A program made the translations under genes and the position numbers. A stretch of 64,000 bases of DNA from the NCBI GenBank assembly GCA_964188305.1, contig OZ076889.1; one strand, 5' to 3'. Source of the stretch: Podarcis bocagei. Lineage: Eukaryota. Below are positions 1 to 11,896 of this stretch, piece after piece. Below the pieces are notes generated by a model that saw only the letters and a list, made by a program, of their open reading frames with translations, did not search any database and was not told the origin of the DNA. The first letter of the stretch is position 1, and the number at the start of each line of letters is the position of its first letter.

Positions 1-380
1 TTTACTATGATCCACACGGATGCCAACCACCAAGAAGGAATAATGGGTCAAGCAAGGAGAGATCAGTAGTCTCAGGCTCCCCAGGCAGCCAGGGCAAAAG
101 AAGGCTATGCACCGTTGAAGGAGATCAAGGTGGAGGTTCAGTACCATGCTCAGTACTCCTGTAGCTGAGGCCAAAACATACAAGTTGTCTCAGCAAGGTC
201 CTTGAGCAACTGGTCAAATTTTATAGAAGGGCTAGGTAGTCACTGACTAGAAGCCTCATCACTTAAGTACTGCCTGCAGCTGATCTCTCCTCACAGCTGA
301 TCAAAAAAAAAGTCCGTGTCATAAATGGCTAGTCAGGTTGCTCTGTTTGTTTCGATGTCCAAAAAGCCTAACAAGGACAC

Positions 381-455
381 AGGTTACACTCATTTAAGTT
401 TAATGATCAACTACCTCAACTTGACTTTTCAGGTCTGAGCAGCATATATTTATAG
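381..455 (+). promoter_or_regulatory. ANGPTL3 proximal promoter: DR4-like element (AGGTTAcactCATTTA, 381-396), HNF1-like site (TTTAATGATCAAC, 399-411), TATA-like TATATTTATAG (445-455)
   Basis: Motifs cluster about 90-170 bp upstream of the ATG. The HNF1-like site has two mismatches to GTTAATNATTAAC. Mammalian ANGPTL3 is a known HNF1A and LXR target. Confidence 0.6.
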
Positions 456-547
456 GCAAACTAAGTTGCAAGGACTATCACATAGCAAGGCTAACAGCAG
501 CTTGGAAAAGCTTTTCTTTTCCAAAGGCTATCATAAGCAGAAAGAAA

Positions 548-1036
548 ATGAAAATAATACTAGTATTACTCTTCGTAATTTCTCTAGTTGTTGCAACAAG
601 AATAGATGGAGATGAGTTTTCCTTTGTTCCAGAATCTCCCGAGCCAAGGTTTGCTATGCTACATGATGTGCAATTACTAGCCAACGGGCTGCTCCAGCTT
701 GGGCGTGGCCTTAAAGATTTTGCCATCAAGACCAAAGGCCAAATGGATGACATCTTTCAGAAACTTCACCTTTTTGATCAATCTTTTAATGAGATCTCGA
801 AACAAGCCAATGAGATAAAAGAAGACGAGGAACAGCTAAAAAACACTACTTCTATGTTGCAAGTCAATAATGAAGAGATAAGGAACATCTCTGTGGAGCT
901 GAATTCCAAGATAGAAATACTTTCACGGGAGAAGATTCAACTTCAGGATAAAGTAGGGAAGCTGGAAGAAAAAATAACCAAATTGTTTCAGACCCAGATT
1001 GAAAATCAGGAGCCCGAAGAAATTGCAGCACTTAAA
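548..1036 (+). CDS. ANGPTL3: ANGPTL3 exon 1 (coding part, 163 codons): signal peptide, LPL-inhibitory motif, coiled coil
   Basis: MKIILVLLFVISLVVATRIDG...RFAMLHDVQLLANGLLQLGRGLKDF...EEIAALK; donor AAA|GTAAGT at 1037. Confidence 0.97.
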
Positions 1037-4000
1037 GTAAGTAGCAGGTACGGAATAGATTTAATATTTCCAAAGTTACCTGAAATGGTTTCCAGGCTAC
1101 TAATGGAATCCAAAGCTCCAAAGTCAATTATGACCTTGTTGCACTAATATCAGTGATGTAAAATATACTTTACCTAGTGGCTGTTTCATACAGTTTTGCT
1201 TTGTTTCCAGTGATCAGTAAAATTAAGATGCTAAAATGTTTTTAAAAATTAAGATGCTAAATTAGATCACTCTTTGGGGAAGGAATAGCCAAAAATTCCT
1301 TTGCAAATCAAGTCAATTTGTGTTCAAGTACAAGTGTATTGGAAAGTACAGTACAGTATACGAAAATGTTCTGATGCCTTAGATCAGTACTCTCCAGATG
1401 TTGCTAGACATCACCTTGACTACTGGCTATGCTTGCTGGGGCTGATGGCAGTTAGGAGACCAACAATATCTGCAGGCACCATGTTGGATACCCCTGCTAT
1501 GATGATAATAATTTTATTATTTATACCCCGCCCATCTGGCTGGGTTTTCCAGTGCAAACATTTTCTAGTGCAAACTGCCCTTGTTTATGCACAGGAATGT
1601 TTTCCACTTCAAACATTTCCAGGAAAGCCACATCACTGCATTTTGAGGAATGAAATGAACGTAGTTATCAAGAAAGCAACAACTGGTTCTCTACTGTAAA
1701 TTTGTTCCTAAATGTTTGTTGTGCATTTATGTAAAATGTATCCTGTGGTACAAGGTTACTTCATGACTTTTTCTTCTTTAATTAGTTTTTTGGAGGAGGA
1801 TAGTTTTGGATCAACAGCAAACTGCACGGAATATCTAGGGAACTAAACAATGGCTCACATATGCTCTGTGCTTTACCAAAAAGCAACCAGAATGAGATGA
1901 ATTATTTTAACAAAAGCCAGGGATGGTCAGTGTTCTAAACATGTAAGCCACATGGCTTTTGCGCCTAGAAATTTTTTTCTGGACAGTCCATAAAGGAAGA
2001 TAATCAGAGTACCCTGGGTGGCTGGAACCGCTTCCCTTTCATAACATAAGACTATGACATAGGAAAGCCTCATTTATTTTTAAATATTGTACTTTTCACA
2101 GCTTGTCCTTACAAAATTTAAAACAGACTGCTGCTTTAAAAATAATAATTCCACAATCAACACAACGAGTAACTCAGCTGCAACTGATAATGTATCAACC
2201 AAGTGCCAAAAGCAACATCAGCAAAGCGGCAAAATATCATGAAATAATTTAAGCAAAAAGCCTAGAAAAATGAAATGGCGTTCAGCTGCCCAAACAATAA
2301 AAGCACAAGCACAAAGCATACATTTTGGGGGCAGGATGTCTCCAAGATATGGCAAAACTACTAAGAGCAGTTGGAGCAGGGCCTCTCTGATGACAGTTCA
2401 CTGAGTAACTTTGTACAAGATGGTCAGGTTTGTATGAGTTGTTGTTGCTGAAGTAGAAGGAAATGGCTTATGAATTCAGCCAGCCAGCCAGGGGAAAGGA
2501 AATAGAAGACAATCAGGACTCAAAGGGTAGGAATGAATTAAGAGTTTCTCCATGATGGCCAGCAGTGGTGTACACACCAGTACGAGAAGGGTGCATCAGG
2601 TGGATTCTCAAAGACTGAATTCCTTAAACTTCCCTTTGGATATCAAAGGTCCTTTCCAGCAAAATGGCTGCTTTTTTAGGGGGTGAGATGGGGTGGGATG
2701 CCAAAACAGATAATAAAAGCAAATCCCAGACAGCAGCTTTGCTTCAGTTCCAAGAAACCAGCTCTTAATCCATTGCTTTTTTAGGGCAGAGTACAGGATC
2801 CATAGATTATGAAGCAAAACAGGATTGTTGCATGATTTGACTATACAAAACCATCCCTCCAAATAAGATTGAGGATATACCTTCTACTTCTGTTTAGCAT
2901 GGTAAGACAACAGCCTTTGGTGAAATTGGCTTGCACTGAGAGGTGCCCTTCTCCTAGCAGAAAGCCTCCTGCAAGGACCCTAAAGCCAAAGAAGCTCTTC
3001 TATCAGTAATATTTTACACAAAATCTCTTTTTGTAGCCTACTAGAGCACATATGGGACGTGGGTGATACTGTGGTCTAAACCTCAGAGCCTAGGGCTTGC
3101 CGAGCAAAAGGTGGGCGGTTCGAATCCCCGCGACCGGGTGAGCTCCCATTGCTCGGTCCCAGCTCCTGCCCACCTAGCAGTTCAAAAGCACGTCAAGTGC
3201 AAGTAGATAAATAGGTACTGCTCCAGCGGGAAGGTAAACAGTGTTTCTGTGTGCTGCTCTGGTTTGCCAGAAGCGGCTTAGTCATGCCGGCCACATGACC
3301 CAGAAGCTGTCTGTGTACAAATGCTGGCTCCCTCGGCCTACAGAGCGAGATGAGCGTGCAACCCCAGAGTCATCTGCGATGGGCCTAACGGTCAGGGGTA
3401 CCTTTACCTTTAGAGCACATATACTACAAAGCCAAATCAGGGGTGGAAAACCTGCGACCCTTCAGATGTTGGTGAACTTACTCACCAACCGCTTTGAGGG
3501 GTTTTTCTACAATAAAGCAGTATATACATTTTATGAAATAAACTCCAACATCCCTCAGCCACAGCCAGCATGGCTGATGCAAGTTGTAGTCCACCAAAAT
3601 CTGGAAGGCCACAAATTTCCTATGCCTGACCTGGATCCTCTGTACTCTGCATATTTCTCATGCTGTAAAACACTGACTCCACACTGAAATACATCAGCCA
3701 GAGCTTGATCAAGAGTTCATGGACCTGCACTATTAAATTTTCTCCTTCTGCTTCATGGTCCTTTGAAACCAAGCCACTGTTTATGCTCTCCCTGCAGAAC
3801 TTCGTCGAGCAGCAGGACAACCATCTCAGATCCCTTCTCAAAAGAGTTCAAGCGCAGCATGTTCAAATTGGCAAACAACAGGAACAAATAGAAGACCTGG
3901 AAGAGAAGGTAACATTGCTGCTTTACCAATGACCTCCTCCAAATCAGGGCAGTCTTTTCAGGGATATTAGGTGAGTTTTGAGACAGCTGGGAACTGAGAA

Positions 4001-7000
4001 AGAGGTAAAGGGTGCAGAAATTGGGAGAAATAAAGAACTGATGGAAAAAGTACAAACTACTGAATAAATAGCAAAGTGGACAGGGAATAACTCATCTTAC
4101 ACAATGATTTAATAATTTCAATACATTTCCATCATGCTCTAAGATAATTTGTGGACACTATGTGTCTTCGCTGTGTATTCCCAATGTAGCTCCAGGATTG
4201 GAATGGAAAAATAACATTTCCTTGTATTTCAACTTGAAAAATTCCGAAAACACTTCCTTCAGCTAACGATCTTTACCACTCTTGTGGTAAAAGAAATTGG
4301 GCACGCCCCACACATGACTGTAGAAAGGTATTGGGGAGGGGGAATGCTTCATTCTCAGGAATTCTCTTGTAAAGATAAGAGGTCTCTACCATCAGTAAAC
4401 TACTTCTCTCCATTTTGTTATCTCAATATATCTGAGCTCCAAAATATCAGTAGATGAATGATGAACTTTACTAACTTTACTAACAAAAAACAGACTAATA
4501 ATAATAATAATTCTCTGTCTCCCCAGCTAAGCAGCCCTGGTTTTCAAGACAACACACAGACTTTATTCCCCTTGAGAGAAGAAAATGAAACAAGGCAAAC
4601 TAAACTTAATACAACAGCTAAAATTCAAGATTACAAAGGTAACTGCCCCTGTGGAAGAAAAAGGAAACAAGTAATCCTTGTGTACAATGTCATCTGTGAA
4701 TACTGTTCTAGTATACATTTTTCTATGGTATGGGTATACATCTTTGAATGCCACACTGTTAAATTCTCTTTATTACTGTTGTTGGAAGAACAAGTGTGGC
4801 CTTCCACAACATGTTGCAGTGTATCCTCCTTCTGAAAAAGGAAAGCTCCTATTCAGGCTTCCAGTCATCCATTCCCTACAAGTAGGACATTCTACTCTTT
4901 CTCCTCCCCACGCCCTGCTCAATTATTTTTTCAACTGTCGCTGTTCATTCTGCTGTTAACAAACATGCTCATTTGGATGCTTTGATGGCGTTTGTCCATT
5001 TAGGTTTGTTTTATTTTTAAAAGCTTATTTCTGCAAGTCACAAGTTTTCCCCAAGCATGCCAGTGTGCCTTAAACTCACCCCGAACAACTTTAGTCATGC
5101 ATTTGTAACTTTTAAAATCTTGTTGTTCTTAGGAAATGCTACTGATTGCATGTGGATATACAGCAGAGGTGAAAGATCTAGTGGCATTTATTCTATTAAG
5201 CCCAGAGGATCTGAGGCTTTTAATGTCTACTGTGAAATCAAAGCAGGTAAGTCCAGCTACACCAGGGACCATCTAATTCTCCTGCTAAAAATCATTATGG
5301 ACTTCATTTTCTGCCCTGAATGATGTTGAGTGTTCTATTAGTGAAACATAGGAAGTTACCTTATACTGAGTCAGACTATTGGCCCATCTAGCTCAGTATC
5401 AGTTTAACTACAGTTGGTCAATAGTTAACTACAATTACCAAATAAAAAAATGGTGCCGTCGGTAGGATCAATTACTGTATTTATGTTCCAACTGGATGAG
5501 GAAGCCACGACTGAATAATCATCACAACTAAACCTCTTCCAGCAGTGGACAAGTGGCATGGACAACTTTCACACCCATGCATGAAAATTCCCATGGGAGT
5601 AAATTCAATGAATACTTTATAAATATTGTGTGCACGCATGCGCACACCTGTTCCCCCCCTATATTTAACTGCATTAAATTTTTCTATATTTAACTGCATT
5701 AAAAGCATTAATGGGGGGAACAATATGGACTGGGCCTATGTTTGCTGCAGTCCAAAACTAGGGGGGAGGGCAATAAAGCAGGTAATATTTATAGTTTATA
5801 GTTTATAGATAAGTTTATTTGTTTTTTTTCATACACAGAAAGTGCATGGACAGTTATTCAAAACAGATCTGATGGATCACTAGATTTCAACCAAACCTGG
5901 GAGAACTATATTAATGGATTTGGCAACCTGGATGGTAAATACATTCTCTTACATTTCCCTAAATAATTGAACTATTTTTATGTGCTAAAATAGCAGTTGA
6001 CTGTGGTTTATGCAAACATCAACACATTAAAGTAAGTGAAAAATACCTTTGGGAGAATAAGGGATGATTCGCTTTTGCTATTTTGGGCATGTTTTAAACA
6101 GGTTACCTTTCTTCACCCCCATTGTTTTGGTCTGAATTGGTGCACAGTAAACAGCTTGAGATTCAATCTACCCTTGGACTAACCCACAGAGCCTCAAAGG
6201 CAGGATGTCCCTCTAAAGACCAGTTTGCTAAAAGCACATGCAAGATGGGTTAACATAAAAGAAGTTAATCAGTATGAATAACCTGTCAAAACTGGGTTTT
6301 ATGGATAGATCCTAATATACCTACCACTCAGATGTTTAAAATACATACACAATGTAGATTAAGAAAAATATACCCTGCACTTTAGATACATATCCACCTT
6401 CATGTTTACATTTACAGAACATTTTTGCTTAGGGCTTAAAACCGTTGAGTGAGTCTATCAGGCATTTGACTGATGCAGATGTACAACACCAAGTTGAGAT
6501 GTACAGTTCATGTGGATGAATCCAAGAATTTAGTTGATTTATGGACTGCTTGACAATCCCAGTCACCACCTTCTTCTATCCTGTCCTCACCCCACTATAA
6601 CCATGTAATACAAGGAGAGTCTTGCATGGCAACCGCTGCAGTTCCATGCAATGCAATACAAGATGGGCAAGGCTCAACCTGCCCATTTCACAGAATCACC
6701 CTCTTCAGTTTTCACAATTTACTGCACCCTTTTGCAGGCACAAGACTCCCCTCTGTGTTCTTAGTGTGAAGCTTTTCCCTGGCACTGGCTATTATTAAGA
6801 GGTAGTGCCTGCTTTTGTTACTTCAAAAACTTTCCAAGTTGAGTGAGTGAGGAAGTATGTAAGGAGGCACTTTCTAGGTGTCTAAAATACTGTATTAAAG
6901 CACTAAAGATCTGTAAACATAGCAACGCAGACAAAAATATATTTCTATATCTCAATGTTTTTTGCAGAAAATATTGGACCAAATGAGGCCAGAAAATACT

Positions 7001-10000
7001 CAAGAACCTTTACAGCATATTAGAATTAAACCTCATAATATACAGTAGAAAAGCTGCCATGTAGTGACTGATACAACAGGTGGTTTTCATGCATATCACA
7101 CAATGAATAGCACTGGGTCAACAAAGCTCAATGGGTTTCCGCTGAAACAAAATCCTGGTTTCTAAACTTAACCAGCCAATCATCAAATCAGAGGACCAGG
7201 CAGAAAGAAACCACCCTTATTTGCACTGGTTAATCATCCACTTGGGACACCAAGGTGCAGGCTAACAGACACATCATCCAGCACACTTTGCTAAAGGTGT
7301 GTTCCAAGCTGCTTCTACAGAGGTGCTAAAGGGGTGCAAGAATTGAAGTGGCAACCCTGTTTGGCCACCAGGACAGGGAGCAACATATATTAGCAATTAT
7401 CCTGTAATCACTTAGTGAAGTCCTGAAATATTTTGGTCCATAAGTAGTTTGATTGGCTTCATTATCATTACTCGCAAAACCGTAATTTCAAGACTGCAAA
7501 GTCAATTTTATACACCTAGAACTGGACTAAACTAACCTGGTGCACTAGTGGAAGCCAGTGGAAGAACTCATGGTGCAATGGGCCTCCTCCTCCATCTGCT
7601 CTGGGGGGCGGGGGTCAGGAGAAGTCCCAGAATAGTGTGCAAGCAGAGGAGAGGGGAGATTCTGCCTGGAATGCAGAAATGTTTGCGCTAACAGAACAGT
7701 TGTAATAGCAAGGTCTTCAATTCCACCCCTAGCATCTAGGGATGTCTCAAAACATCTATTCTTCTATTACTTACATGAAGTTGAATAATACAGTCAAATC
7801 ACTGGCCCACCCAGCAATGGCTCTCCAAGATCTCAGGCAAAGAGCCATTTCCTACTATTGCCATCCGAGATCCTTGTTACTAAAAACTCCTGGGGACTGA
7901 ACTCAGGATGTTAGAGATGCTAAGGAAATGCTGTTATCAGTAAATTATGGGGTTTTCTAGCTGTTATTTGATATGTAAAGCAGACATGTCTAACATCAAA
8001 GACTCTCTTCTTAAACCAGACTGTATTGGATTCCAACCAAATGTTACTGGATTCCAACTCCCATCAGTCCCAGACATCATCCAGCAACATCTGGCGGGCC
8101 TAAAATTCAATACAAAATATTTCCACAAAATGTGGCCCACCATGAGTTTGATGGTTTGCACTTCACTTGAACTCATGGACAGTTTGTTCCAAAGAGAGGT
8201 AGGGGAAATCCAAATAAATTTAGCATATGCAAAAATGTCTGAACGATCACAAGGTCTTCTTAAGGAAAAACTGCACATGTAGATTAGCTCAAAAAGTCGT
8301 TAAGTGCCATCTCCCCATTTCCTCCCAGCTGGGACCTGTGTTATATAATTTGCATTGAAGATACAAACAAGCTCTGTGCAACTTCATTTCCTCCTAACAG
8401 CTACAAATTGTTTTGGCATTCCCATAGCTTGTTACGGGTATTTTCAGTCCTTCTTATATTAATTGGAAACTATGGTAGCTCCATTTATGACATGAGATTG
8501 GATTGTCTATGCTGTATGAAAGTCCCCACAATAATATTGTTCTCAATATGATATTTTGCATTTTTTGTTTTTACAATAATGGTCTTCATTAAAAAATACT
8601 GCCCCCTAAATAACGTTCAAGCACCTGGTTCACATGACACAGGAAGCCAAGCTGTGGTTCAAGAGTGAATCTTCCTTTTAAAAATAAAGAGTTCTTAAGG
8701 TGAAGTTTTCAATACTTTTGAAATCAGAGCTTTAAGAAGTGCTGACTTGGGGAGAAAGTTGATAATTCTTTCCCACAGCAGCAAAATCAAAGTTGAAACT
8801 GAGATTTCATCATTACATTGTATAAAGTTTGCCTGGTGGTGAAATCTGAAACATAAATGCAAAATTACATGTTTGTTTTAAAAGGGTACGTTTTATCTTT
8901 TCCGCTATTTGTTGTTCAAATGTCCTCTCATTTACCTTTGCCAACTTGGAATGACTCCATTGGCCCAATTTTAGTGAAAAAATGCCTTAATGTAGTTATT
9001 CTGGAAAAAAGGTAGAAGAAAATACAACTATTTTTTAAAAGTAGAATCCAATGTACACTTACTTCTAAGAAAACATGCTTAGTTTTGCACTCCATGTAAT
9101 TCACTTAGAATGTTCAATTTAAATGTGCTGTGGTAAATGACACTACCTAAACGCCTATTAAGAGTGCATTCCTTTCTCATGGCTGACACTCCATTTCCAT
9201 TGCAATTAAATTTTATATATGCCACTCGCTTCACTTATCAGAGAGATTCATTCACACACTTTTGTTAAGTATGCCTTGCATTATCCCTGGCAGACTCTGG
9301 CAAGCTGCAAAGTTCCATTCCGTTCATATTTAGTTTTAGTTTCCTGTTTTAATTGATCATTAGTGCATAATCTAAAAGTTGTAAACAAAAAAGAGATATC
9401 TCCAAGAGAGATTATCTGAAAAGTTCAAGGGTTCCCAAGACTCAGGTTGTCTGCTTAATTAACCGAATTAGTAACTCTAACTTGCTTATGTCTTGCCATC
9501 AGCCTACCCTAATAGTTCAGTCTGTGCAACTTGTATTTTCAGGAGAATTTTGGCTGGGCCTACAAAAGATCTATTCCATTGTAAACCAAGGTGACCACAT
9601 CCTGCGTATTGAGCTGGAAGACTCAAGAGCTAACAAACGTTATATTGAATACACATTCACAATGGGAGGTTCAGAAACAGACTACACTGCTCTTCTCTCC
9701 AGGATTACTGGGAATATCCCTAATGTTCTGCCTGAACAGAAAGAAGTGAAGTTCTCTACAAAAGATCACAACAGCAACACTGAAAGAAAAGTCAACTGTC
9801 CAGAAAACAATTCAGGTAGTCTTTTTTGTACAAGCTGCTGCTTTAGTTTTTCTCATAAATCGGGGGAGAAATACATTGTGGAAGATATAGCTGAAACTTT
9901 GTCTACAAAACTTATATATTCCCTGTTCTGAAAAATGAAGCATTAGGAACCAGAAGCAAATTCTGAAGAACTGGGTATGTTGGGTGAGGCAATGCACATC

Positions 10001-11873
10001 TAAGTGGTCTATCATGTTTAGAAACAAACTTATCTGCACTCAGAAAGCTAGCATGTCATAGACACTATACCTTTTTTGCCTCAATATGGTATTTTATAAA
10101 TGTATATTTAATATAGAGGAGTATCCAGTTGTGTCAAGGGGACGCGGGTGGAGCTGTGGGTAAAACCTCAACGCCTAGGACTTGCCGATCGCATGGTCGG
10201 CGGTTCGAATCCCCGCGGCGGGGTGCGCTCCCGTCGTTCGGTCCCAGCGCCTGCCAACCTAGCAGTTCGAAAGCACCCCCGGGTGCAAGTAGATAAAAAG
10301 GGACCGCTTACCAGCGGGAAGGTAAACGGCGTTCCGTGTGCTGCGCTGGCTCGCCAGATGCAGCTTGTCACGCTGGCCACGTGACCCAGAAGTGTCTGTG
10401 GACAGCGCTGGCTCCCGGCCTATAGAGTGAGATTAGCGCACAACCCTAGAGTCTGGCAAGACTGGCCCGTACGGGCAGGGGTACCTTTACCTTTTTATCC
10501 AGTTGTGTAATTTTCCACATGCATTCTGTACTATCTTGGAAGGCTACATCTCATCAATCTCTGAACATGTGAATCACCCTCTAGAGCAGGGAAGGATAAG
10601 CTGTGGCCCTCCAGATGTTGGTGTAACTCCCATCCTCTCTATTGGCCATGCTGGCTGGGGCTGCTGGGTGTTGGAGACCAACAACATCTGCAGTGGCATG
10701 GGTTCCCCCATCCTTGCTCTAGAGTTTCTCTCCCATATATTTCTAGTCCCTAACTGAACATCAGGCAGAACTTTAGGAAACAGAAATAGAACTAAAAAGT
10801 GAAGTGATCTGGCAAAAATCTAAAAAGAGAGAGCATAGCACACAGGAATAACAAACTGGTGATATGATTTCCTGTAGAGCACCTCTAAGTAAATCCACAA
10901 GAAGTGCAGGTGTTCTATACACTTTCTCCTTAAACCGGGTAAAAACGTTATTCTGAAATTCCCTTTTCTGCCCCCTCCAATGTGGAAAATTCAAATTTGC
11001 AGCATGAATCAGTAAGTTATTTTAATTCATTTGCAGTTCAATCCTATTTATTTTACTTTCTCTAATAAATGTAGATAACTATGAAACCGTATAAAGTTCA
11101 CTTCTGAGCGTCAGTTTTACAGAGAATATGTTTGAGATAGATAGGAGTGCTGTGGGGGGTTTTAAATCTGACACTGGGTAATTAAGTCAAAACAGAATGA
11201 GTTATTTTTTAAAAAAGAGGTGGGGGTAGGGGCCATTGTTTGCAGAATATACCAGGTTCAATCCCTGGCATTTCCAGGTAGAGCTGAGAATATCTTCTAC
11301 TGAAACGCTGGAGAGGCAATGCCAATGTAGACAACTCAGCATAGGACAGCTTCCTATGTTCCTAGAGAGAGGGGTGGTGGAAATTGAGGATTTGTGACCC
11401 AATCTGGAGGATGTGATGACAAGCTTCATAGATGTATAGTTCTTCCGAGTTCCCTTCCCCCCTGATAAGCAACTCCTCATACCAGGCAGCTACTCTTGAT
11501 GCTACCAAGGATTTTGAGAAGTGACATCAAACACGGCATGAGAAGAAATGAGAGAAATCCTCCTCCACACATGGAAGCCACTTCTAGTGCCTAAAGAGGG
11601 GGGGTCTATGAACCACACCCTTAGTCCTTATGATTGTACTACAGTGTTGTCGCTATCAATTAAATGGTGCTTATAATTTCATCTTCAGGTGGTTGGTGGC
11701 ATACGGCATGTGAAGAAACAAACTTGAATGGAAAATATATCAAGTCAAGTTCAAGAGGAAAACTGGAAAGGAAAAAGAGAGTGCTCTATTGGAAGCCTCA
11801 GAAAGGAAGGCCCTATTTTATCAAATCAACCAAACTGATGATACATTCTACAGATTTTGAAAATTTTGACTGA
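548..11873 (+). CDS. ANGPTL3: Angiopoietin-like protein 3, complete 7-exon CDS: join(548..1036,3798..3908,4527..4638,5133..5246,5839..5934,9543..9815,11689..11873), 1380 nt, 459 aa
   Basis: Signal peptide, RFAML..LANGLLQLG.GL motif, coiled coil and C-terminal fibrinogen-like domain. All introns are GT-AG, phases are consistent and the frame is open to TGA. Nested antisense in a DOCK7 intron. Confidence 0.97.
1385..1497. mobile_element. Degenerate palindromic hAT MITE; similar decayed copies at about 8030-8100, 33165-33240, 39790-39900, 45632-45745 and 51445-51566
   Basis: CTCCAGATGTTG ... CAACA.ATCTG.AGG arms shared with the intact copies. Confidence 0.65.
3054..3410 (+). mobile_element. Sauria SINE, full length
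   Basis: tRNA-like head with GGTTCGAATCCC B box, AAGTGCAAGTAGATAAATAGGTAC core and (ACCTTT)n tail. 12-bp TSD TAGAGCACATAT at 3042-3053 and 3411-3422. Confidence 0.92.
3438..3628. mobile_element. Palindromic hAT MITE interrupted by a ~60-bp retroposon-like 3' tail (about 3481-3540)
   Basis: CAGGGGTGG...CCCTTCAGATGTTG and AATCTGGAAGGCC...TGCCTG arms; extra internal segment not found in sister copies. Confidence 0.7.
3798..3908 (+). CDS. ANGPTL3: ANGPTL3 exon 2 (111 nt)
   Basis: Acceptor ctctccctgcag; NFVEQQDNHLRSLLKRVQAQHVQIGKQQEQIEDLEEK; donor AAG|GTAACA. Confidence 0.95.
4527..4638 (+). CDS. ANGPTL3: ANGPTL3 exon 3 (112 nt, linker)
   Basis: Acceptor tctgtctccccag; LSSPGFQDNTQTLFPLREENETRQTKLNTTAKIQDYK; donor AAG|GTAACT; bridges phase 0 to phase 1 as required. 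Confidence 0.88.
5133..5246 (+). CDS. ANGPTL3: ANGPTL3 exon 4 (114 nt, start of fibrinogen-like domain)
   Basis: Acceptor ttgttcttag; (G)NATDCMWIYSRGERSSGIYSIKPRGSEAFNVYCEIKA; donor CAG|GTAAGT. Confidence 0.96.
5839..5934 (+). CDS. ANGPTL3: ANGPTL3 exon 5 (96 nt; absent from the ORF track)
   Basis: Acceptor ttttttcatacacag; (E)SAWTVIQNRSDGSLDFNQTWENYINGFGNLD; donor ATG|GTAAAT. Confidence 0.96.
9543..9815 (+). CDS. ANGPTL3: ANGPTL3 exon 6 (273 nt)
   Basis: Acceptor ttgtattttcag; (G)EFWLGLQKIYSIVNQGDHILRIELED...FSTKDH...NCPENNS; donor CAG|GTAGTC. Confidence 0.96.
10138..10495 (+). mobile_element. Sauria SINE, full length, CpG-rich (young)
   Basis: Same architecture; 13-bp TSD TATCCAGTTGTGT at 10122-10134 and 10496-10508. 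Confidence 0.93.
10587..10716. mobile_element. Palindromic hAT (Charlie-like) MITE
   Basis: CAGGG...CCTTG termini, internal CCCTCCAGATGTT / AACATCTG inverted arms, exact 8-bp TSD CTCTAGAG at 10579-10586 and 10717-10724. Confidence 0.88.
11689..11873 (+). CDS. ANGPTL3: ANGPTL3 exon 7 (coding part to stop)
   Basis: Acceptor tttcatcttcag; (G)GWWHTACEETNLNGKY...IKSTKLMIHSTDFENFD*. Confidence 0.96.
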
Positions 11874-11896
11874 GCATCACCATTTGGAGTCTATCT

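Noticed and set aside
1219-1261. 17-bp direct repeat AAAATTAAGATGCTAAA x2; similar short duplications near 19119-19150 and 58891-58917
   Set aside because: Simple local slippage duplications with only 2-4 units and no spacer structure; not CRISPR-like.
3241-3687. 148-aa ORF, and similar ORFs at 10148, 34380, 41752 and 46023
   Set aside because: These lie over SINE or MITE sequence. The resemblance between the 34380, 41752 and 52739 peptides reflects shared MITE sequence, not a gene family.
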